From Paraspadella gotoi (taxonomy: Eukaryota; Animalia; Chaetognatha), in the NCBI GenBank assembly GCA_051294375.1, contig CM119264.1:9869907-9933906 (forward strand): a stretch of DNA of 64,000 nucleotides, written 5' to 3'. This document shows positions 51,950 through 64,000 of the stretch, in pieces. A program made the translations under genes and the position numbers. How positions within the stretch are numbered: position 1 is the first letter of the stretch; the number at the start of each line of letters is the position of its first letter. The notes beneath the pieces were generated by a model. It made no database searches. It worked only from the letters and a program-made list of their open reading frames with translations, and was not told where the DNA came from.

Positions 51950-54342
51950 CTCTCCTCTTCTTCTCTCTCTCTCTCTTCTCTCTCTTCTCTCTCTCTGTTT
52001 GTTTATGTTTTGATTGAAATCGAGGGTCGAAGCTGCGTTTAAGGAGTCAGAAACGTCATCCTGTGATTTATGACGGGAACAATTTATATATATATATATA
52101 TATATTTATATGAAGTGCAGAAAACACAATAAAACAGGGAAGGGAGGAGAGAGGTAAAGAGAGGGAGGGAAAGAAGAGAGAAAAGAGTGGAGATATAACG
52201 AGAGAAATGAAGGGATGATTGGATTGGCTACTGACGGGTTTGAACGACGAGGAGATGATCGCGTCTGAAGGTTGAGCGATGAAGCGCCGAAGGAGTGACT
52301 AATGTTTCAGTAATGGAGCGACGTCGGGGTAATTAACAGCTGAGCGATGAAAAAGCGTCGAATTTGTGAGTGATTAATTTGATGGAAGGAGTGAAGAAAA
52401 TCTGGGGAAAAGGGAGAGTAGAGTTAAGAGAAAAGAAACATAAATCTAGCTATTTTGTTATTTTGTGTCGTTTTTTTTAATGGAACGACTGATTGAATTG
52501 AACAACGATTTGTACTAAGCTTTTAATCGAATGAGCTAAAGAAGAATGAACCTTCACTGATATTTATTTTTCGGCAAATCTCGGATCGCGTAGTTTAATG
52601 AAAAATCGACGAAATCTCGAATAGTGAGCGGCTCTGCCTTCCCCTCCGCCGCAGCGTCCACCTCCGCATCCGCTTGGGCCTTTGCGGCTGAAGCGGGAAG
52701 GCCGCGCGTGGGCCGAAGTGGGACAGAGACTGTTTAGGCGGGTTCGGCTCGTGAATTTCGGGGAGGAGCTGAAGGAGTGCGGGAAAATAAATAGAGAAGT
52801 TTTTCTAAGATTCTTTTTAGCGGTCTGATATCCCCAAAACTGTCACATCCCGGATAATGTCTTCTGGGCGTTTCGAGAAAGTAACTTGCCATCGCGTTGT
52901 TGTAAATATCATGTTTTCCCGCAGTTTTCGTCGCAAAGCTTTCAGAGCGTGAGGTTCTTAGTTCGTCAGGGTTTCAGCGAGCGTTAATAAAGAAATAAAG
53001 GGCGGCCTTGCGTGAGACGCGTCGAAGCCCGTTGGCTGAACGCATCGTTGCGCATCGGCTGAATCGAGTCGAGTCGAACAATGATCCGGGCTCTAAAGTT
53101 ACTGAACTCGCTGCGTAGCAATAACTCGGGCAAAAAACCTAGCTTGACACACAGGCAAAGGTTTTTTTCAGAACTGTATAACAATGATTTCTTACTTACT
53201 CTACCGATTTTCATGGCTGTTTGAATAGTTTTACAGCAAGTACGAAGATACTTTTCAATTGCCCATTCATACAAAACAGAAAGTACAAGAAACTTAAAAG
53301 GGTCTTCAGTTCGTTACAGTCAGCCCTGAACGCCAGGCCCCGAGTTCGTCGAGGCAACATCATCAAGACTAGAAGCCGCAATTCCCTAGATGAAAATCTC
53401 CCTCCTATTTTATAGCGAAAGCTTTCCTTTCTTTTCTCTACTCTTCATTCTTTCCTTTATCTTATTTCCATTCTCTTTTTTTTTCCCTCTTTTTTCTTTT
53501 TCGGTCTCATCCGCACTCGATAAATACAATACTCTACACTAGACAGAATAATACCATTGTCAATTTACTAAAACTGTCTTTTTCAGCATTTTACATTTTT
53601 ACTCTTATGAATTTAAATGCAAGTGTAAAATATTTTTTTCTTTTCTTAGCTTTTATTATTTTGCATGATCCGATTCCATTTTTGGTTCTGATCCCATCTG
53701 CGATGATTCTCTTCCCCTTCCACATTTTTTACTTCTTCTAACTGATACACCAGGTTAAGCTGGACTCCTTTTTTCCTTTTTGTATCTTTCTTCTTCCCAT
53801 CTCTTTCTTTCTCCCTTTCTTCTAATATCTCCTTTTAGTACTCTCCCCAATCTTTTTCTTTCTTTTCTTTCCTCTTTGCTCTTAGCCTTCTACCCTGTTT
53901 TTCTCTCTGAATTCTTCGAGACCTTCACGCCCATACTTTTTACTCTCTCGTTTCTCATTTATTCATTTATGCAAATGAGATTTTAAGATTTTTCGCACCC
54001 GCCTTGGAAAGTTTTTTTTTCCTAAGTATTTTTGTTTAATACATTTTCGAACTGATTTCTGTTCTTTTTTTTTTTCTTTTTTTTTTTTTCTTTCTTTTCT
54101 CTTTTTTTTTTTTTGAAACAACTGTTTCGTCTCTGAGCAGAACCAGACACGGGCGACGGGGACGACGACGACACGACGAACGACGATAGAGTGGGATTTA
54201 AATGGGTTTTAAACGCGATGTTGTTGTGCGCAAGGAATCCTTTCCATCCTACTTTTCCCTCCATTCGACTCGAGTTGAAGGACGGAAAGAGAAAAAGAAG
54301 AGAGAGAGAGGAGACGAGGAGAGAGAGAGAGAGAGAGAAGAG

Positions 54343-54391
<49 letters not shown>

Positions 54392-54852
54392 AAGAGAGAG
54401 AGAGTGAAACAGGACTAAAATGTATAAGTCGAGGGTGACGACCCGGACGACGAGACGACGGCGCAGATGAGACACGACGACGACGACAAACTGACAACCC
54501 TTGTCTCTTTCTTGTCAACAGCACCCAACGGGTTTCGGTTTCCGGTTTTTTTTTTTTTTCTTCGGAATTTCTCTTCTCTCTCTCCCCACGGCTTCTCTCT
54601 CGCTCTCTATCTTCCTCTTCCTTCCCTTTAATAAATTCCTTCACGGCCTTTTAACTTAAATTTTCCCTATATTCTATCACTCCCTTCGTCACCAGTTCCT
54701 ATCGGTTAACTAATTTCTTTCCTCCCTTTCCCCTTTTCCTTCCTTTCTCCTCCCCGAATAACAATCGCGGCCTGCTTCCACTACACCCCCTACCCCCTCT
54801 CCCATTTCAGTCAGTCAACCGGCCTAAGTACGACTTCACTCTCAAATCATCT

Positions 54853-54950
<98 letters not shown>

Positions 54951-56925
54951 TTTAGTAGATACACCTTTTTTTGTTGTAATGAAAAAAAAAAGGAAAAAAA
55001 AGTTACTTTTTTATTAGAAAACGGATATCAATGAATGAACGGACCATCGTTACCTTATAGGTCCTTCTTGCAGAGGGTACCTAGGTAAGGCTCCACGTAC
55101 ATTGATGTCTTTTAGACAACGAAATCTGACTTTCAATAATTACCATCTTTCTTGATCTCATTAGTTAGTATGAAGCTTACTTCATTTAAAAAACGGTTTT
55201 GTCTTCAAAGTTATCTCCTTCTTATCACTTAGAACTTCCCTGGTAAATTCTATGTAAAATATGGTAAGACATGATTTTCTTCAATGATTGTTTATCATAA
55301 TCTCATTAACTGGTAATTTTAGATATAAGTATGTGTCAAATTTTATGGTATAGATAATTTTTAAGAGACTGAATCCTGCATAAGAATCTTCACGTTTTTA
55401 TTACATAAAGTTTTTAGGTTAGACGCAACAACATTATCTGATTACATTATTTTTTTTCTTCATATGCTTTCCCCGATTCTTTTTCTTCACTTCTTTTCTC
55501 TCTTTTCTTTATATTTCCTCTCCTCTTTCCTCCCTTACTTCTCACTCTGTCACTTACCATTTTTTGGCCCCTACCTGTTTTCTGCCACTGCCTGCACTTT
55601 CCTCAACATTTTTTCTTCTCCTTCTCTCTTTCCCTTTCTTTTCCCCTCTTTTTCTTTCCATTTCTGCCTCATTTCCTACCTTTTATTTGTCTCACTATTT
55701 TTTCCCCCCATTTGCCTTCTTTTTTTTTGCCTTCGCCCTGTCTTTTATTCTCTCCTGTTTCTTTTTCTTTTTTCCATTTCGTCCTCTACTCTCACAGCGT
55801 TTACATTGAGCCATATCATAGAAAATCTTTAAAATGCATTATAAGAAAGGATATAACGGTAACGGGAGGTTTTTATTTCAATTTTGGTTCCTAGCAAGAT
55901 TTAGTAAATCGACAGATTCTTCGGAAAAATGTTTCCGCAAAATCTGTCGATTCTCCAAAAAAAACATCCTGACGGTTTCCATTGGGTTAAAAAGGATGCG
56001 GCTTTCTTTTGTTTTAATCAAACGTCTCAGTAATACCACATCTTGTTAAACTAATAAATAGAGTTAAAAGATATTTCCTTTACGATAAATAAATGCAAGT
56101 CACAAAAGTCACAAATTAAAAGTGTGTTTTAAAAATTATTTGTGGCCTAAACGAAAGAGTTTTCTTTGATAAATTTGTAGGTGTTAAACAGCTTATTCCT
56201 GTGGACAATATTTTTGTTTGTTTAAGTCAATTTAAACAATATTTTGTTTAATAATATTGTAATAAAAACTAAAACTGCGACTTTTTGATGTCAACTTATA
56301 ATTAAGTCATAAGTGAACTATGAATGATAATAAGGAAAATATTTTTACTCAAGGGTGAAGAAGATAAGGAAGAAAGGATATTCCACAATAAAAAAATTTT
56401 CTCAACTTTCCTTGGCAATTCAAATGTGAAGACAATGTAATATGGACAAAAATGGACATGTTTTTTTTTCCAAAAGTTGCAAAATGTTACTCTTATATGA
56501 TTAGAAATAGCTGAATGGTTTTAAACCCAATCTGTATTTTGCCTAATTATATTATGGTGCAAATAAATTATTTTGGTTATAGTAACGAACAACTACTGCG
56601 AAAAAGGTAGTTTTTTCTCTGAAGTGCGAGGATCGTAAGCAGAGGCGTACATTTACAACCGATCTATCTATCTATCTATCTCTCTCTCTCTCTCTCTCCC
56701 GCAATAGCGAAGCAGATTTTTTGACGGATTGTGAAAGTTTTTTTTCCATAGGCAGCAGAGAGACCGGCGACGACGACGACGACGACGACAGTGACGTGAC
56801 AAAGACGATAACAGGGTGAAGGGAGAAGAGGATTTACAATGGAAAATGTCGAGCATGAATACGATAAAGTATTCGGTGATGTGAATGCGGGGGAAGTTGA
56901 TGTTGATAACCATAGACTTTAAGAA

Positions 56926-56971
<46 letters not shown>

Positions 56972-59836
56972 GGAGAGGGAGAGCCAAAGTTCTTCAAGTT
57001 TTGTCCTGCTAATTTTCGTTTTTCTAGGTTTTTGACGCCCGACTTGAGGTAGGGTCGAGAGCCTTTCCCTTCCGTCTTTTCCTCCATTCCTTACCTCGTT
57101 AAAGCTGAGGTGTCTTGACGTGGCTGTGTTTTACGCCAGAGAGATTCAGAGATGGCGTTCACCTCAAAATGAAAAACTATGACCCGATGTCGACTTCATT
57201 CTCAGTTTTGACAACGGAGCTTCCCTGGCGTGAGTATTTCCACTTGCCTCGGTTTCTGTCCCATCTCATATTCTCTTGTACGTCACGAATCACGAACCAC
57301 ACTAAAAGACTTAAATCCAAGTGGATGAGCTTAAATGACGTAATAAATTCATCAATTGATATAGAACGACGATTAAAATATACAGGTTATTTTTATTTCA
57401 CAGATTGTAACGTTATAAAATGCAAAATCAATAATAAAAATCTTTTTCGTGTGACATAAAAAAATAATCAGTTTCATCTTGTTTTTCGTTTCATTATTCA
57501 AGGTTTTTGTTTCTAACTCATTCTCAAGCTTGTCAAGGGGCGAAAAAAAGGAGCGGAAAAAAAAAGAAAAAACATTTTAAAAACCTTTTTTTTCCTCCAG
57601 TTTTTTCACCCGATCTCATAAAAAAAAAAAGATTATCTGCGAGATAACGTGGCCGTTTCAAAATCTTAAAATATAGAGAAATGTCCCAACATGTCATGAC
57701 TTAATAATTATTTTATTCTTTCGCTCAGTGAAAAAGACCCTTGAACCCACTACATAGTAAAAGAGAATGCGAGGGTAAGTTCGACAAAGCCTGATGGCGA
57801 CGAGTGCCAAGGCGACGTTTTTACGCGCGACTTTGTTTTTTACGATTTTTACGGTTTTTCACGTTTTTTACGGTTTATTTTTCGATAAAGTTCGTCTCGG
57901 ACAAAGACTTTGTTGGCGCTAACTAAAAATAAAATAAAAGTGAAAAAAAAAAAAGAGTTAACGCTCCTAGATTTTATCCGACATAAAATCTTAAGGGGAG
58001 AGAGGAAGGAAGCTCGCGTTTCTCAAGGAAAGAAAAAGGGGTGAAGACTTAAAAATATGATGAGGACAAAAAAAGAAAAAAGAGGTAATGAATACGAATA
58101 GAGAAAAAAGGACGATAAGAGAAAAACGAGGAAAGCAGATTCATAAAAAAAAATGAGAGAATGCATTAAAGGATGCAAAAAAATAATAATGAGTCAAAAT
58201 GAAAGACAGGTTTGTTAAATCAATATTCCTTATAAGGAGGACATTAACTGTCTCAGGAGCCGAGTCTAAAAAATAAAAATGAGCCGAAGCGGCACAAAAT
58301 TAGTAAACAAAAACGAAAGAAAGAAAACGCGAGTTTTTTTGGAAAAAAGAAGGAAAAAGAAAATAAAAAAGAAGAAAACGGAAAAGAAAGCGAAAAAAAA
58401 ATGAAAGGGAAAAAGAAGTCGAGGAAGCGCAGGAGAAAAAAAGGGTCGAGACAAGAAAGGAATGAATAAGAAAGGAAAAAAAACTCCTGTATCATTCAGA
58501 GCGAAAGGAAACGATAGAAAAATGCAAAACAGAACATGAGTTTTTTCCCCCAACGTAACGCAGCGCGACTCTGCCGTCATCCGTGAAAAAAAATCCTAAT
58601 TTAGTATTAATCATAAATAATAAACAGTAAACAAAAGAACTTTTTTTTTTCATTTCGTTGCCAGTTACATATATGGTCTGTTTGAACAAAAAATAAATGA
58701 GAAAAAAAGAAGCTCTTAACCTTTACTAGAAAGAAATGTAAATAACCGGAAGCTTAGATAAAATTTTAACTCTCCTCCTCTCTCCTTTCTCTTTTCTCTC
58801 CTCACACTTCGGAAGAAATGCCGACTTTGAACCAAATGAACCCTTAACTTTTTTCCTTCGAGATCCGACGCTTTGAAGACGTCGTCGGCGCTCTCGTTGC
58901 TGTCGTCGTCGTCGTCGTCGTCGGTCGCTTACAAAACCTCCGGAGACCAAAAAAGATTCAAGGTCGTTAATTTCGCGCCTTCGTGGAAACAAAAGAATTG
59001 GAAAAGAAAAGAACTTTATAAAAAAAAAGAAAAGAAATCCATAAAAGACATGCCTTCAATTAAATATTAAAAAGTTAATCCGAAAGAGTGGAACCGGAAA
59101 TAAAAAGAAAGAAAGAAGAAAAGTGGTGGAAATAATTCTTTAGAAAAGAAAGAAAAACAAAAAAGGAAGAAAAAATCTCGTCTACAGTTTAAAACTTTAA
59201 GAAAAGAAAACTTATTAAATAAATTAATGCATGGATGTTGTTGAAGGGAAGAACAGCGATACAATAGTAAATACAGAAGTACAATACGATAGAAATACTA
59301 TCTAAGATCCTAAAAAAGATCACACTTAACCAAAGAACATTCTCAAAATCCGAATGTAAAAACGTCGGTCTGAATAAACGACGGAAAAACATCCCTGACA
59401 ACCCAACGGTAAAACCAGACCATAAAAAGACATTTTCGCAGTGAAAGAAAGTAACGTCGCGCCTCTGGCACCGTCGCTTATTGCCTCAATTTTCTGCTCC
59501 TTTTCCTCCTCGGATTAGCCTCTTCTCTCTCTTTTCTTCTCTCCATTTTCTTGCTCCTTTCCTCTTTCCTAGTAAACTTAGTGTATTGAACTAAGTTCGT
59601 AGAGGTGGCTGTCTTTGACAACTAACTGTCTGAGCTGCTCCTGCGCTATCAAAACGAGAGGAATTCGAGTAAGATGGCGCGGACGAGACGATGGCGCCGG
59701 TCTGACGCTCAAGATGAGGTATCTGACGACAAAGTCGAAGCCCAGCACTTCTATCTGAAGTTGATGAGATGAAGGTTAGAAGTCCTGGGCAAGGAATAAC
59801 AAAACATTTAATACACACTCAGCAAATATATATATT

Positions 59837-62725
59837 AGACGAGAATCTCGCTTAAAAAAAAATTCAACATTTTTCTAATAGAGAATTCCGTTCAAATCTG
59901 ACTACCCAAATTGCAAACGCGTTTGCCAGAAATTCGGTTAAAAAACACTTGTAAAAACGCATGATTCCGAGAGCGTTACATCTGAAGAGCTTGTCCTATG
60001 CATTTTATGGCATTTGATAAAGGATTTAATATCAAACAAGCCAGGGGAAATGCACTATTCATCTCCGGAGAATTTTCAAACCTCATTTTTACTATAGAAA
60101 TGAAAGGGAAAGTTTACAAACTTAAAATTGCAAACGGGATTGCTATATGTTCCTGTTACATGAGCGACTTCGAATTTCGCGATTTTGATAGCTTTGTGTC
60201 TGAAGAGCTTGTCCTATTTTTCTTTTTTCATTTTATAATGATTTTGACATAAAATGATCAGGTTTAAATGAAATAGTCCGGTTTGAATCGCGAAATTTTT
60301 AATTAAAAAGAAATTAAAAGGAAGGTTGAGAAAAAAACTGATTTTTCATAATATCTTTTGAAGAAATAAGGATAAAGGGATGGTAATAGTACCAAAATGA
60401 AGCCNNNNNNNNNNNNNNNNNNNNNNNNNATAATCATAGGGCACATACCAATGATACAATTTTAAAATTACTTAATGCTGAAACCCTCACTTACAGTAGG
60501 AAGCCTGCTACTAGGAAAAAGAAGCCAGCTGATTTTTTCTTATATTTTTATATCGATAGATGGGAAATGACGGGAATATTGTAAATCTCAAGTTTCGCTT
60601 TAATCGGACCTCACATTGTGGAGAAATCTTTAGGAAAACCATCAAAAATTCCACACCCTTTTTTCAACATCTCGCCTTTTTAAGATTTTTGTGCCGATTC
60701 TGATCTTCCTCTTACCAAAAACTTATAATTCCGTCTGAGTAGTTAAATTTTTTTTCTTAAACGAGCGAAGGGAACTCATAACTTTCTGTTATTTTCATGA
60801 TTTCCTGGTAAAAAATATAATGCAATAACATATAAGCATTGGGATATTATGAAAGTAAAATGTCTTGTGAAGCTGTGAGAGTTAAATAATTAAAAGAATT
60901 CGCCTATTTTATTATTGAAAAATGACGATTAAAGTGAATAGTTGAACGTCTTCAGGCTCAATTTCAGTAAACATCCCCTGTTCCTAACATAAAATAATGT
61001 TTACTTTTTGCTGGTGGAAAAGAAAGATAAATAGTTAGGCTGTGATGGGGTGAATAAATATTTTGTAGAATTTGTAAGCATGCTTGTAATAATCAGGAAG
61101 CAAATATTTAAGTGAAAAAAAAATATATTTTCTTTATCCAAAAAACTTTTAAAGTTTTACTATAGTACAATTTAGCCTTTTTTCTTTCATTGAAGACCTA
61201 AAAAGATTTAATTTTCATTTATTTTTATGGGGTTCATTAGTTTTAAAATTCAATTAAAATTTGACTTAGTGACACTCACCCTGTAAAGAGGTTTCAGGCA
61301 AACAATAATTCTAATATTATGTAACTTGTATGTGCCTAATGATTATGGCTTCATTTTGGTACTATTGCCATCCCTGGTAATCTTTGTTCCTTCAAGAGAT
61401 ATCAGAAAAAATCAGTTTTTTCCTCAACCTTCCTTTAATTTCTTATTAAATAAAAATTTCACTGTTGTCAAACCAGACAATGGACTTTACAATGTTGGTT
61501 TACTATGGAAGAGTTTTGGTCCAAATAATGAAAAGAAAAATTTGGGCAAGCTCTTGAGAACAAGAGGCTTTTTCAAATCTTCAAAATTCGAAGTAATATT
61601 TATAATGTTTAACATCCAAGCCCGTTTAGAATTTTGAAAGCAAAATTTCCCTTTCATTTCTATAGTAAAAACAAGGTTTGAAAATTCTCGGAGATGACTA
61701 GTGCATTTCCCCTGGCTTGTTTGGATATTAAATCCCTTTATCAAATGCCATAAGACGAATTTGGCTAGCTCTAGATAATAACGCTATCGGAATCGTGTGT
61801 TTTTACAATTGTTTTTTAACCCGAATTTCTGGCAATATCGTTTGCAATTTGGGTAGTCAGATTTTAACGGAAATCTCTATTAGAAAATGTTGAATTTTTT
61901 TTATAAGCAGAGATTCTCGTCTACTTAGCAGGGTGAGTGTCAACTAAGTCAAATTATAATGGAAACTTTTAAAACTATGACAACCCCATTAAGAAATAAA
62001 TGAAAATTTAATATTCTTTTTAAGATTCTGAAAGAAAAAAGCATAAATTGTTACTCTAGTAAAACTTTAAAGTTTTTTGGAAAAGAAAATTGAATTTTTT
62101 GTGCACTTAAATATTTGCTTGTCATGATTTTAGCAAGCATGCTTACAAAATTATAACACAAATATTAATTCACCCATCACAGCCTAAAGTATTTATCTTT
62201 CTTTTCCTACAGGCAAAAGTAAACATTATTTTATGCTAGAGAGAACAGGATGTTTACTGAAATGAGCCGGAAACATTTCAACTTCTTCTTCTACTTTAAC
62301 TGTCATTTTTTCAATAATAAAATAGGCGAATTTTTAATTATTTAACTCTCAGCAGCGCTTCACAAGACATAACTCTCGATAATATCCGCAATGTTAATGT
62401 AAATTTATTATATTTTTTACGCAGAAATCCTAAAATAAGCAGAAAGTTGTGGATTCCCTTCGCTCGTTTAAGAAAAAAAAATTAACTAGGCGAATTATAA
62501 GTTTGTAAGAGGCAAGGTCAGAATCGGCGAAAAATCTTAAAAAGGCGAGAATGTTATTGAAAAAAAGGGGTGGAATTTTGATGGGTTCCTCAGATTCTCT
62601 CCAAATGTGAGGTCCGATTAAAGCGAAACTTAAGATTAACAATATTCCCGTCATCACACATCTATCGAGTGTAAAAAATATAAGAAAAAAGTCACTGGCT
62701 TCTTTTTCTATAAGCGGCCTTCCTT
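59837..62725. repeat. Interleaved inverted repeats A-B-rc(A)-rc(B), probably DNA-transposon-derived
   Basis: A ~59837-60495 is the reverse complement of ~61284-61923; B ~60496-61283 is the reverse complement of ~61929-62725. B ends CACCCTG-TA and its copy starts CAGGGTG, a Tc1/mariner-like terminus. Confidence 0.7.
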
Positions 62726-62763
62726 ATATATAAAGTTTAAGAATCCCATCTTACTTGTTTATG

Positions 62764-63885
62764 AAGCCAAATTTAGATTAGGAATGGTTGCCTTCTATCC
62801 ACAAGGAAAATCCAGCCGAATGCCACCCACCATAAGTTTCTATTTATAAATCAAAAGAAGTTCGAAGATATCTCAATAAGGCGAATTTATCTTTAAAAAG
62901 TATTGGAAAACGCATTGCAAAGACTGGAAGCAAGATCTGCAAGTTAACGTCGATAGAAATCATCAGGCTAATCATCGAAAATCGCTGTGGGAACCAATCA
63001 GAATCGGCATGCGTTTGCCCTCTCGGAGAACTGTACTTAAGTATCATATACTATATACAAAGAAATATCGAAACTAGAGGAATGTTCGCTGTGATCGCGC
63101 GGAGAAACGGAGTTTTCTTTGCGTTTAGTAGAGAGAATAAAGGCATCGGGTGAGAAAGTATGAGAAGCTTTGGATTTCCTGAGGATAATATTGATTATCA
63201 TTTCGTAACACTTAGGTTTCTACCTATTTTTGCTTCTCAATTCTATCCTTCTCTGTCCGTTCTTAAGCCAAATTTGTAGAATGGTTGCCTCTATCACAAG
63301 GAAAATCCAGCGATCACTAGTTTCTTTTATAAAAAAAAAGAAGTTTCCGAGATATCTCAATAGCGAATTTATCTTTAAAAAGTATTGAAAACGCATTGCA
63401 AGACTGANNNNNNNNNNNNNNNNNNNNNNNNNNNNNNNNNNNNNNNNNNNNNNNNNNNNNNNNNNNNNNNNNNNNNNNNNNNNNNNNNNNNNNNNNNNNN
63501 NNNNNNNNNNNNNNNNNNNNNNNNNNNNNNNNNNNNNNNNNNNNNNNNNNNNNNNNNNNNNNNNNNNNNNNNNNNNNNNNNNNNNNNNNNNNNNNNNNNN
63601 NNNNNNNNNNNNNNNNNNNNNNNNNNNNNNNNNNNNNNNNNNNNNNNNNNNNNNNNNNNNNNNNNNNNNNNNNCTCGGAGAACTGTACTTAAGTATATAT
63701 ACTATAATACAAAATCGAAACTAGAGATGTCGCTGTGATCGCCGGAGAAACGGAGTTTCCTTGCGTTAGTAAGAGAGAAATAAAAGAGCATCGGGGAGAA
63801 AGTAGAGAAGCTTGGATTTCCTCGAGATATATTGATTATCATTTCGTAACACTTAGGTTTTCTACCTTATTTTTGCTTCTCTTCT
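62764..63885. repeat. ~490-bp tandem duplication spanning the large N gap; probable assembly overlap
   Basis: 62764-63250 recurs at 63265-63885 with small indels, interrupted by Ns at 63408-63673. Confidence 0.75.
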
Positions 63886-64000
63886 TTCCTCTTTGTCGTT
63901 CTTTCTTTTTACTTTCTTTGTCTTTTCTTTGTCTTCCTCTCTTAACTTTTTCTTTTCTCTTTCTCTGGCATCAAATAGAAGTAAATAACCAGTGGCTGCG

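Noticed and set aside
52620-53415. GC-rich possible exon(s); similar island at 59590-59790
   Set aside because: No recognisable protein motif and no phase-consistent splice model could be built.

Overview
AT-rich eukaryotic (probably invertebrate animal) draft-genome scaffold, dense in (GA)n/(TTTC)n microsatellites. Most ORFs in the track are microsatellite translation artefacts. Two spliced genes can be built by hand: a 3-exon orphan secreted protein (minus strand, 3057-1997, 209 aa) and a 3-exon divergent XK-related (Xkr/CED-8 family) multipass membrane protein (plus strand, 26045-29557, about 802 aa). The standout is a 704-bp non-autonomous LTR element (TRIM-like, 22208-22911) with a 4-bp CTCG target-site duplication and a PBS-like site. 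Each of its two ~255-bp LTRs carries what folds by hand as a circularly permuted (type-P5) twister self-cleaving ribozyme, i.e. an LTR-retrozyme architecture using twister rather than hammerhead; double cleavage would release a 446-nt monomer that could circularise. Also present: Penelope-type hammerhead remnants, tRNA-derived SINE heads, a Helentron/DINE-like (HINE) element, a small repeat family that supplies an XK splice acceptor, and minisatellites. Several large noisy duplications next to 25-N gaps look like uncorrected long-read gap-fill artefacts.
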